Shown: positions 9,001-16,630 of the stretch, piece after piece | How the letters are laid out: each line of letters starts with the position of its first letter | Numbering within the stretch: the stretch's first letter is position 1 | Assembly (NCBI GenBank): GCA_044352155.1 | Contig: JBILEK010000004.1 | Coordinates: forward strand, 1 to 62,975 | Length of the DNA stretch: 62,975 nt | DNA from: Bdellovibrionia bacterium | GTDB lineage: Bacteria > Bdellovibrionota > UBA1018 > JBILEK01 | Direction of reading: 5' to 3' | Translations under genes and position numbers: made by a program | The notes under the pieces: model-generated | What the model saw: the letters and a program-made list of their open reading frames with translations, nothing else | Databases searched by the model: none | Told to the model about the DNA's origin: nothing

Positions 9001-9700
9001 TCTGATGATTGATGACTGCAAGGGCCGGGGCATCAAATGTCACGTCTACAGGCTGCGTATCTTTAAAAACACCTCGATCTGCTACAGTGGGGTTTCCCGC
9101 ATTATCTTGGTGCGAGACCCGAACGAGGATATCGCCATCACAAGCACTTTGGAAGTTAAGAGCCCTACTCCAAGTGAGGCTCGGTAGGCAGCTTGTGGAG
9201 ACTGTATATCCTGAGCTCCCACAAGAGCCCTGCGGAAAAACGGTCAACTGCACGCTCTGACCTACTTGCCCGCAGATTCCCGAGAAAGAGACTTGTGCGT
9301 TTAAATTGTCAAAAATTACCGGCACACCCACGGGCTGAAGAATCAAAAGCGTCGGAGAAATTGTATCCTTAATGAAATTTCTCGTGATTTCGGCGTCACC
9401 AATGATTGCGCGTACGCTGTGATTGCCTTCGCTCCACTGTGAGACACTGACACTTACGCTCCATGCACCCTGTGAGGAGCACTGCGCTTGATAAGAGGCT
9501 TGGGTAGAGTTATCAACAAAAAGCTGCACTTGACCAAAATTGGGGGAGCAACTGCCTCCAAAGGTCAGATCCGAAAAATTATATTGGTTAATGAAAGATA
9601 AGCTCGGGGAGGTAAACGTGATGCTCGCTGCCTGGGCGACCTGCGCGAAGAAAAAACCTAGCACCGCACTGAAAAGATAGAATGAACGACCCTTTGCCAC
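6041..9700 (-). CDS. Large secreted cell-surface protein: 7 Ig-like tandem repeats + GLUG-motif region + C-terminal dockerin-like module
   Basis: GTG start with an AAGGGGG SD 7 nt upstream. Signal peptide ...FFFAQVAQA. Repeats are bounded by KD[TS]xxP. GLUG-like motifs include GAGGLVGIG, NLGGLVGYLG, NVGGVVGLV, GVAGLIGLY and RVAGLVTT. The C-terminus reads DINGDGSVGAADL...DLNQDGTTNSADLAILLSAWG. Confidence 0.85.
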   Translation of the reverse strand: MAKGRSFYLFSAVLGFFFAQVAQAASITFTSPSLSFINQYNFSDLTFGGSCSPNFGQVQLFVDNSTQASYQAQCSSQGAWSVSVSVSQWSEGNHSVRAIIGDAEITRNFIKDTISPTLLILQPVGVPVIFDNLNAQVSFSGICGQVGQSVQLTVFPQGSCGSSGYTVSTSCLPSLTWSRALNFQSACDGDILVRVSHQDNAGNPTVADRGVFKDTQPVDVTFDAPALAVINHQNQAQITLGGTCNKNNNSVIATITSNNMSYEATCQNNAWQIGPITLTEVPDSPSVQMNVYHVYSVNQQVLVAERSRTFLKDTSVPNVTIDPIVPAVISQQTQGAVFFQGQCTVGDLPVQLQVSSGTSVITRIANCGSNGRWFTPAVDLSALADGTLIITTTQLDLAQNLGLYQGSVHKDSIAPTLTITAPATNPFFVNLSNYQSGITLSGACSENDENVELSGAISASANCIQGVWEVTTSFGGVPDSQGLQTVLLQHSDIAGNLKSMELSFRKDTIAPEVDWVTPAESFVVNAANQSSVPMSGTCTPQDGAVTIQAGALSANTPCSSSGSFSTSMNLSSLPQGQITLVARQADSAQNQSLEARSITKDSVLPALTFSAPTQNPFIVNAENVSAVTLAGTCSEPSQAVAISGAVTATANCAANNTWSVTTSFANVAVGAGTVTASHSDNAQNSTSVSRSFSAQFAPSTAISSVQQLMNISQNLEGSYYLTQDLDFSGVTNLDFVISGNFEGTIDGQGFKIKNLNTRKSFINYALGSTLKNITFVSPKFGLGSQGKGLVAFALHHPSGRQTRFENVHLIDATIYGSTSSSSNNPSLSGAGGLVGIGSHLLIQGSSVDVTFTTERPGVGNLGGLVGYLGFSTPTQAVDNRIENSRVKTRVVYQPSEMWTSTNTIQFANVGGVVGLVDTPGGSDQSIRTSLIKVEAEFVFRNQVPETTSYPYSSNGVAGLIGLYLPQISAPGSRNLFIEQSHAILDVETNAPVSAGSFAGLFNESGSVSSETAERKREIKDSFASGQIAFTTPLSAATRVAGLVTTTDSVFAAAQMQMSFDRSYSSLVIEGDSVGPASKQKPVFAKSFDSSMYSLPVSNGLFYDLTAVPQTMSQDLIAQPLSSAQMRTPATWISAGYSSDVWEIVNGELPTLKGITTEFPPAPPPVCVADINGDGSVGAADLGAILSGFGSAGPTDLNQDGTTNSADLAILLSAWGSCPE
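7616..9622 (-). repeat. Seven tandem ~95-100-aa Ig-like coding repeats inside the surface-protein gene
   Basis: The recurring module is (F/V)xAPxxxxxxNxxNxxxxxxxGxC...C...W...KD(T/S)xxP. Approximate repeat boundaries: aa 27-113, 114-213, 214-312, 313-411, 412-508, 509-602 and 603-695. Repeats 5 and 7 are the most alike (TAPATNPFFVN... vs SAPTQNPFIVN...). Confidence 0.75.
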
Positions 9701-9966
9701 GCCTCAACCCCCTTAGTCCCTTTAGTCACGTCACCACGTAAGAGGCTAGCCAGAAGGAAGGGATCTGAAAATGTGTCGATTTTATCTCTGTGTCGCGGTC
9801 GACGCATTATCAAGCTGAAGCCAGCTTCACCCATTGAGCAGAGCGCTCAGTCAAGCCGTCAGAAAAGCCGAGAGAGAGGCCCTGATCGTTTCTTACAGAT
9901 CTCTGCACCCGAGCGTCGTCCGATACTCTAATAATTTCAGCGTTTTGCACAAGATTGAATCTTTAC

Positions 9967-11727
9967 TCAATTATTGCGGCCATTTTGCAAAAGTCTCGCA
10001 AACTCCCCATCGCGCCCAATAAGTTCCTGGGGCGCTCCCTCTTCAACGAGCTTTCCTTGATGCAGCACCAAAATACGATCGGCAGAGCAGACCGACGCCA
10101 ATCGGTGTGCAACTGTAATCCAAGTCTTACCCACAGCCTGTTGCTTTAAGCGCTCTTGGATCCGCACTTCTGTCAGCGAGTCGACGTTTGCTGTTGCCTC
10201 ATCGAGGACCCAGAGCTCAGGAGCTTTGGACTCCGCTCTTAGATAAGCAATCCACTGACGCTCACCGGTGGAGAGGTTAAAGCCTCGCTCTCCGAGCTCT
10301 CGGCCACGCAGGGCACCCAAGTCCTCGGTCTTAAACTCCGAGCCCTCGCGCCAGAGAGCGATGTTCTCCTCCAAGGAGCCCGAAAACAAAAACGCTTCCT
10401 GCTGGATCCAGCCGATTCGAGTGCGTAAATCGCGCTTCGAGTAAGAGCGCAGGTCTTTTCCATCTAAAAGAATTCTCCCACTCCCTGGCTCATAGAGTCG
10501 GAGCAAAAGTGCAACGAGCGTACTTTTTCCTGATCCGGTAGCACCCACAACTCCTACGCGCTCACCCGCTTGAATCCTAAAACTCACCTCACTCAACACC
10601 GGGTGACCCGGCACATACTCAAAACTCACGCGCTCAAAGCAGATCTCACCACGGAGTGGCTCTGGAGAGCGCTGGGGCTGCTGTTTTAGATCCCCCAAGC
10701 CCTGCTCCTGCTCCCACTTCAACAGCGAAAAGACGCGCTCAGCAGAGGACATGCCAGATAAAAACGAATTCCACTTATCGATGATCTGAAAGATAGGATC
10801 AAAAAGCATCGTCACATAAGAGAAAAAAGCAACCCATGTCCCAAGCGCAATCCCGCTCTCACGCACACGATCGCCACCAAAATAGATCACACTCGCCATC
10901 GCTACTCCTGACACCACAGTCAGAAGAGGCCTTAAAATAGCAAAAACATGCACTGTCGCAATCTGACTCTCCGTATAGGCGTGGTTACGGAGCTCGTACT
11001 CTTTTGCTCTCTGCGCTTCGCGCGAAAAAAGCTGCACGACTTTGATCCCTAAAAACGTCTCGGCAAAATATGCGTTAAGTCCCGAGAGCAACGTACGTGT
11101 GCGCCGATATGCAATCTTAAGTCTCGAGGTAAACCCAAGGGTGATCCAAACCACAACGGGCATAAGAGCAAGCACACTGAGCCCAAGCTTTAAGTCCAAA
11201 ACACAAAGTCCGACTAAGATCCCGACCACCATCAATAAGTTGACCACCACAGTGATGAACCCCGATGTAAATAGCTCAGAAAGCGCCGCCACATCTTGAG
11301 TGACGCGGTTCACAAGCTTGCCAACTGGAATGCGGTCATAAATCGATAAAGGAAGCCGCTCCAAAGCCTCTAGCACCTCCTGCCTCAGTGCAAACATCAT
11401 CCGATGCCCGAGCTCTGAGAACGTATAGTTCTGCACGAAAACGCTTAAAACACGCAAACACTCCACTACAAAAACCGAAAGTGCGAGACCTAAGAGGAGC
11501 TCCTCACGCCGAGCAACGAGCACAAGATCCACAAATCGACCAAGCAAAATTGGCGAAATCAAAAACGCTGCAGTCGACGTGAGAACCGCGATACACGCAA
11601 CACTCAATACCCAAGGCACACGTACAACTCTTTTAAGTAGCTCGCGCGCGGCACCGCGATCAAAGTGCTCCGAGTCGTTCCTGTCTTCGAGATCAGGGAG
11701 GAGTGAGAGTAGCGCCATGACTTTCAT
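9967..11727 (-). CDS. ABC exporter permease/ATPase fusion, subunit with consensus Walker B but degenerate signature motif
   Basis: Six-TM type I exporter domain plus NBD. Walker A is GATGSGKST and Walker B is LWVLDEATANVD. The signature reads LSTGERQ instead of LSGGQ. The H-loop is VAHR. Confidence 0.9.
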   Translation of the reverse strand: MKVMALLSLLPDLEDRNDSEHFDRGAARELLKRVVRVPWVLSVACIAVLTSTAAFLISPILLGRFVDLVLVARREELLLGLALSVFVVECLRVLSVFVQNYTFSELGHRMMFALRQEVLEALERLPLSIYDRIPVGKLVNRVTQDVAALSELFTSGFITVVVNLLMVVGILVGLCVLDLKLGLSVLALMPVVVWITLGFTSRLKIAYRRTRTLLSGLNAYFAETFLGIKVVQLFSREAQRAKEYELRNHAYTESQIATVHVFAILRPLLTVVSGVAMASVIYFGGDRVRESGIALGTWVAFFSYVTMLFDPIFQIIDKWNSFLSGMSSAERVFSLLKWEQEQGLGDLKQQPQRSPEPLRGEICFERVSFEYVPGHPVLSEVSFRIQAGERVGVVGATGSGKSTLVALLLRLYEPGSGRILLDGKDLRSYSKRDLRTRIGWIQQEAFLFSGSLEENIALWREGSEFKTEDLGALRGRELGERGFNLSTGERQWIAYLRAESKAPELWVLDEATANVDSLTEVRIQERLKQQAVGKTWITVAHRLASVCSADRILVLHQGKLVEEGAPQELIGRDGEFARLLQNGRNN

Positions 11728-13504
11728 CCTCCTGCTTGTCTAGAGCTTGCTCTTGAACAATTTTTAGGTAGTAAGGCTCGCCGAGATCAAGAAGCTCCGC
11801 ATGCGTGCCGATGGCCGAGATTTGACCATCGCTCAAAATCACAATCCGATCCGCAAGTCTTGCCGTGCTGATTCGATGTGCTGCAATCAAAACCGTAGGC
11901 TGAGATTTGAGATGAGTGAGAGTTTTTAAAATCGCTTCTTCAGTGACTGTATCGACACTCGAGAGTGCGTCATCGAGGATCAAGATTGGAGCAGAGCGTG
12001 CAAGAGCGCGTGCGATGGAAAGACGCTGTCTCTGACCTCCCGACAGATTGACCCCGCGCTCTCCGAGTAATGTGTCATACCCACGTGGTAGAGCTTCAAT
12101 CTCACGATCCATTTGTACGGCTTGCGCGAGTGATTTGACTTGCTCTAAGCCCTCACAACGCTCTCGAAAGCCGATCATCAAGTTCTCAAGCACGCTTGCA
12201 TGAAACAAAAAATGGTCCTGACCAACAAATCCAATCTGTGCCCTAAGATCCGCAAGCCGGATCCCACAGAGATCCTGTCCATCGATCAAAATCGATTCTC
12301 GCTCTACAGGGTAGAGTTTTGGTAGAAGACTCAGCAATGTGCTTTTGCCCGATCCAATCGGTCCCATGAACGCGACTCGCTCTCCAGGCTCGATCTTTAG
12401 GGAAATGTTTTTTAAAATATCGCGCTCTCCTCGCGAAAATCTCAGGTTTTTAAACTCAATCGCTCCTCGAGCGCTCGGCATCGATCGAGCGTGGGGGATA
12501 TCCTTTACCTCGGAACGTTCTCGCGTGATCTCTTCAATTCGTAGAGAGCTCGCCACCGCCCGCTGATAGTGAGTCACTGCCAATCCAATGGCCGAGACCG
12601 GCCATATCATCATCTGCAAATAGCGCTGAAACGCGACAAACGTCCCCACACTGACGTTGGTGGATAAAACCTCTCTCCCGCCCCAATACAGCAGAGAGAG
12701 CATCCCAAGACTCAACACAAAATCAAGTGACGGACTAAACGCGGACTGCACTCGGTTAAGGTGCGAGTTGAGCCGAAGAAACTTCGCTCCACTTCCGGCA
12801 AATCGACGAAGCTGTGCATCCTCGTTGGCCATCCCCTTGACCACTCGAATCCCAGACAATATCTCCTGCGCTAGTGCAGATAGCGCGCTAAAGTGCTCTT
12901 GCACTTTCATGTATCGAGCATGGATCTGACGCTCACAGTACAAAACAATCCACGGCACAAACGGGAGCGGCAAAAAGCTTAAAACCGTGAGCTCAGGCGA
13001 CAACATCCACATGGCAACAGGAACTGTCAAAAAAAAGAAAAGCGCATCCGCTAAAATAATCAACCCCGGCCCAAGCCCTTGTCGGACCCCCTCGACATCG
13101 CTGTTTTGAAGAGCCATGAGCTCTCCAATCTGCATACGATCAAAAAAGCTCGGCGAGAGTCTAAGCAAGTGAGAGGCAAGCTCTTCTCTGAGGTCACGGC
13201 TTGCGCGATGACTTGAGTACACAAGAAACACGCGCCAGTAGTAGCGACCAATCGCCATACCAACACTTACGGCAATAAACTCAAGCGCAAGAAGCCCTAG
13301 CTGCGTGGTCTTAGGGTTTTGAACGAGGCCATCGATTGCGGTTTTTAGAATCAAAGGCGGAAGAATGCTCAGAACATTCACTCCAGTAAGTGCGATCACG
13401 CCACCGATGACAGCGCGCCGGTACTTCCACAAAAATCTGCGCAAAAGTGCGCTTTCCTGTGCGAGTCGTTTTAGAAATCCTACTTCCGGAGTGACTCCAG
13501 ACAT
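11693..13504 (-). CDS. ABC exporter permease/ATPase fusion, subunit with canonical signature but Asp-for-Glu Walker B
   Basis: Walker A is GPIGSGKST, the Q-loop is VGQDHFLF and the signature is LSGGQRQR. Walker B ILILDDALSSVD has Asp in place of the catalytic Glu. The H-loop is AAHR. The 3' end overlaps the partner gene by 35 nt. Confidence 0.9.
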   Translation of the reverse strand: MSGVTPEVGFLKRLAQESALLRRFLWKYRRAVIGGVIALTGVNVLSILPPLILKTAIDGLVQNPKTTQLGLLALEFIAVSVGMAIGRYYWRVFLVYSSHRASRDLREELASHLLRLSPSFFDRMQIGELMALQNSDVEGVRQGLGPGLIILADALFFFLTVPVAMWMLSPELTVLSFLPLPFVPWIVLYCERQIHARYMKVQEHFSALSALAQEILSGIRVVKGMANEDAQLRRFAGSGAKFLRLNSHLNRVQSAFSPSLDFVLSLGMLSLLYWGGREVLSTNVSVGTFVAFQRYLQMMIWPVSAIGLAVTHYQRAVASSLRIEEITRERSEVKDIPHARSMPSARGAIEFKNLRFSRGERDILKNISLKIEPGERVAFMGPIGSGKSTLLSLLPKLYPVERESILIDGQDLCGIRLADLRAQIGFVGQDHFLFHASVLENLMIGFRERCEGLEQVKSLAQAVQMDREIEALPRGYDTLLGERGVNLSGGQRQRLSIARALARSAPILILDDALSSVDTVTEEAILKTLTHLKSQPTVLIAAHRISTARLADRIVILSDGQISAIGTHAELLDLGEPYYLKIVQEQALDKQEDESHGATLTPP

Positions 13505-14436
13505 TGTTTGAAATCCTCGGGCAAAGGTGCGTAAACGCTCAATTGAGTTTTAGAAATCGGGTGCAAGAAAGTCAAGCGCTCGGCGTGCAACATCAGGCGC
13601 GAGGCTCTGGTTGAAACCTCCTCGCCATACAGCCGATCTCCTAGAATCGGATGCCCGAGTTCGCTTAAATGCACTCGAATCTGATGCGTCCGGCCCGTGT
13701 GCGGCTGCGCTTGCACTAGAAGTGCGTCTCGCAGTAGCTCATGGACCTCAAAATCCGTCTCAGCCACATCTCCCCCCGAGCGCACGCTTTGATAGCGCAT
13801 CGATTTGCCTTTGCGAGTTTGCGAAGGACCCAAGTAGTTTCTGACGCAGAACTTCTCTCCTGGAACTCGAGCGCGCCCCACTGCGCAAATCGCGAGATAG
13901 GTTTTTTGGATTTTTTTATCCCGAAAGAGATCCGCTACGGCTGCGTTGACTTCTTTTTTTAAGGTAAACATCAACAGCCCTGAAGTGTCTCGATCCAGGC
14001 GATGGTGGAGCCCAACGTATGCGTCTTTGCTCTCACGGGACAAAAAGCGCTTCACTTCAGCAAACGCGTTAACGCGTGCCTCATCGAGAGTCGGTTGTGT
14101 TGGTATCCCCGCAGGTTTTGAGATGATCATCAACCACTCGTCCCGATAGAGAATATGCTCGGGTGTGAGATCAAACGTTTTCAGGCTGCCTCTCATCGCT
14201 TGCCCCTCAATCTTTCGCTCATCCCACCAAACTTCCACCCGCGCTCCGGGGATCAGCTCTTTGGATGCGATCCGCACACGTTTGCGATTGAGATAGACAG
14301 CACCTGCGACAATGAGTTTTCGAACTTGCGCTTTTGAGACCGCGCGCGAAAGTAGCCCAGGCAGAAGCTCTGCCAAGAACTGATCCAAGCGCATCTGAGC
14401 GTACTCGGGCGCAACTTTAAGATCGAGCTTACGCAT
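13480..14436 (-). CDS. rluD: RluA-family 23S rRNA pseudouridine synthase (RluD-like) with N-terminal S4 domain
   Basis: Catalytic motif HRLDRDTSGLL, plus HTGRTHQIRVHL. The N-terminal S4-like segment is RLDQFL...SKAQVRKLI. Confidence 0.9.
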   Translation of the reverse strand: MRKLDLKVAPEYAQMRLDQFLAELLPGLLSRAVSKAQVRKLIVAGAVYLNRKRVRIASKELIPGARVEVWWDERKIEGQAMRGSLKTFDLTPEHILYRDEWLMIISKPAGIPTQPTLDEARVNAFAEVKRFLSRESKDAYVGLHHRLDRDTSGLLMFTLKKEVNAAVADLFRDKKIQKTYLAICAVGRARVPGEKFCVRNYLGPSQTRKGKSMRYQSVRSGGDVAETDFEVHELLRDALLVQAQPHTGRTHQIRVHLSELGHPILGDRLYGEEVSTRASRLMLHAERLTFLHPISKTQLSVYAPLPEDFKQCLESLRK

Positions 14437-15196
14437 TTCGACGCGCCAGTCTCACCATGGCAACTCCTGCAATCAAAAACATAAGGATCGAGAGCACTCG
14501 CCCCGAACTTAACCACGGCCAGAGCACATGTCCGCGAATCGAATCTCCTCGAAACTCTTCAACTACTGCTCGCAAAATCGGATACGCCGTAAAGTAAGTG
14601 AGTGAAACTTGACCTGGAAACTTTCGGTGCTCTCGCACGAAAAGGAGCCCAAAGAAAAGCACTAAAAGACCCGCGCTTTCGTAAAACTGTGTCGGATGCA
14701 GAGGCACTCCCCGAAGCGCCACCTCCACACTCTCTGTGTCAAAGCGCATTGCCCACGGGAGGTCTGTCGGTTTGCCGTGGCAGCAGCCAGCCGCAGCACA
14801 GCCCAGACGCCCGATGGCGTGGCCAAGAGCAAGCGCGGGTACGACTGCGTCCCCCGCCTTCCACATCGGGATCTGACGCCTGCGCACAAAGTAGATTGCA
14901 GCACAGAGACCGAGGATCGCGCCTCCGTAAAATACAAGACCTCCCTCCCAGACTCGAAAGACTTTCACAGGGTCTTGGAGAAACTGCGGCAGGTTCGTAA
15001 GCACATACATCCCGCGCGCACCTAGAAAACCTGCAACAAAAATCCAGACCACAAGATCAGTGAGATCATCAGGATCAAGGCCATCTTTTTTTCCGTGAGC
15101 GCGCAGCAGCATCAATGCCACAAAAAACCCGAGCCCATAGAGCACCCCGTAGGTGTAAACCTCAAACCCTGCAATCGTGAACAAGACGGGGTACAT
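14429..15196 (-). CDS. lgt: Prolipoprotein diacylglyceryl transferase
   Basis: Polytopic membrane protein with the Lgt signature GRLGCAAAGCCHGKPT and HPTQFYES. The ATG at 15196 (MYPVLF...) is preferred over the GTG at 15214. The 3' end overlaps the rluD start by 8 nt. Confidence 0.9.
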   Translation of the reverse strand: MYPVLFTIAGFEVYTYGVLYGLGFFVALMLLRAHGKKDGLDPDDLTDLVVWIFVAGFLGARGMYVLTNLPQFLQDPVKVFRVWEGGLVFYGGAILGLCAAIYFVRRRQIPMWKAGDAVVPALALGHAIGRLGCAAAGCCHGKPTDLPWAMRFDTESVEVALRGVPLHPTQFYESAGLLVLFFGLLFVREHRKFPGQVSLTYFTAYPILRAVVEEFRGDSIRGHVLWPWLSSGRVLSILMFLIAGVAMVRLARRNA

Positions 15197-15258
15197 TATT
15201 CCTAAGTCTAGCACGGAGCCCTTGAACTCTCGATCCGTGCTGCGCTATTCTCTCCTCC

Positions 15259-15555
15259 ATGCACTACACACTCTCTGCGCTTGCTCTGCTCGTTGGTCTT
15301 TCGGCCCAAGCTGTTGAGCTACCGGTAAAAATCAGCTCCTTCCATCGTCCTGATCAAAACACGAGAATGGCTGAGCTTTGTGGCACGGTCACTGGGACGC
15401 CCGAGCAAATCGCTTCAGCAAAGGTTCGCGTCGCCGTCGATGGTGCCATGAAGGGCGTGGGCATCTACACGACACTTGCGGATGAGTCTGGTGACTTTTG
15501 CATCACACTCACGACCTACTACGGTCGTGTCAAAGTGACTGCAAACGCTCCTTAG
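15259..15555 (+). CDS. Small secreted protein (hypothetical)
   Basis: Signal peptide MHYTLSALALLVGLSAQA. The protein is 98 aa and beta-rich. No family recognised. Confidence 0.45.
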   Translation: MHYTLSALALLVGLSAQAVELPVKISSFHRPDQNTRMAELCGTVTGTPEQIASAKVRVAVDGAMKGVGIYTTLADESGDFCITLTTYYGRVKVTANAP

Positions 15556-15569
15556 TCTGATCCAGACTA

Positions 15570-15776
15570 GTGACCCCGTTTGATGCCCTTTTGCTTGGAG
15601 CAAATATTGTTTCAGGCGCGATTGCCTCAGCCACAGGGTTTGGAATCGGGAGTATCCTCACTCCACTACTCGCAACACAGGCGGGCACTCAGCTCGCCGT
15701 TGGTGTCTGGGGATCTTGGATGAGTCGCACTCCTAAAAAGGAACTTTCTTGGGGCCTCAGCCCCGTTCATGAGTGA
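15570..15776 (+). pseudogene. Possible 5' remnant of a TSUP/TauE-SafE-type membrane transporter gene
   Basis: The first ~45 aa (ALLLGANIVSGAIASATGFGIGSILTPLLA) resemble TM1 of TSUP proteins, which are normally ~250 aa. The frame then ends after non-membrane-like sequence. A 257-nt non-coding stretch follows. Confidence 0.3.
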
Positions 15777-16033
15777 GCCACCTAAGAATCGCATGCGCGT
15801 ACATTCGTCGATTGCGGTGAATTGGTGGCACTGTTGCGCCTCAACCGGATTAAGTCAGACCTGATCAATACGATTAAAAAGTACCGCGATGATCGCTGAC
15901 CTGCTCGGGTAAATCCGGTGAGGGTCCCTTACGGAAATCCTCGGTTGTTAGTCAGTGATTTGGCGCGTGTCACTGATGTGGTCGTGGTGATAGATTTAGA
16001 TTTCAAGCTCATTAACTGTCTTAGGGGGAAATC

Positions 16034-16630
16034 ATGAAATCGGCGGTTTTTTATATTCTGCTCGTTCTTGTGTCAGGATGTGCTTCGGCACCTAAAACAA
16101 ACAGCTATCGTCCGGATCAGGTCGTAGGTCGGATGGATGAGCTTGGATCCCGTCCCGAATGGGCTACCGAAAGCATAAATGTGATCACTCAGGGAGAAAA
16201 GATTCGGTTTATCGGAGTTGCTGAAGTACCTGCTGATAGCCGCATTCAAGCGGCTTTCAAAATGTCTGATTCTTCGGCACGGGGTGTAGTCGCCAACAAA
16301 GTTGAAACCAGCGTGACCAAGATCGTTGAAAACAGCGAAGCAGGCTTGTCGATGGAGGATCAGAGCCTGAAATCTCTGATCAAAGAAGTGAGCCGCGTCT
16401 CACTGAAGAATGTTGATATCAAAAATCGTTACTGGGAAAAAGTAGTACGCACATCCAGCGATGGGTCTGAGTCGATGATCATGAAGGTGTTCAGCCTGAT
16501 TGAAATCTCAGAACGAGATATGAAAAAAATGCTCCTCACCGCAAACCGCGCGAGTCAATCATCCTCAAAAGATATCCGCAACAAGGTGGAAAACCTGATT
16601 CGAGACCAATGGGACCAGAGCGATTTATAA
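16034..16630 (+). CDS. LPP20-like lipoprotein
   Basis: Lipobox LVSGC follows the signal peptide, and an AGGGGGAAA SD lies upstream. The body pattern (IGVAEVPADSRIQAAFKMSDSSARGVVANKVETSV...) resembles the LPP20 lipoprotein family. Confidence 0.55.
   Translation: MKSAVFYILLVLVSGCASAPKTNSYRPDQVVGRMDELGSRPEWATESINVITQGEKIRFIGVAEVPADSRIQAAFKMSDSSARGVVANKVETSVTKIVENSEAGLSMEDQSLKSLIKEVSRVSLKNVDIKNRYWEKVVRTSSDGSESMIMKVFSLIEISERDMKKMLLTANRASQSSSKDIRNKVENLIRDQWDQSDL

Noticed and set aside
15823-15829. Possible att direct repeat matching the tRNA-Leu 3' end (TGGTGGC)
   Set aside because: Only 7 nt match, which is well within chance for this window. No integrase was found to support a recent integration.
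15826-15837. TGGCAC...TTGC sigma-54-like element in the gap before the LPP20-like gene
   Set aside because: The spacing between TGGCAC and TTGC is 2 nt instead of 5, so the GG-N10-GC geometry is not met.
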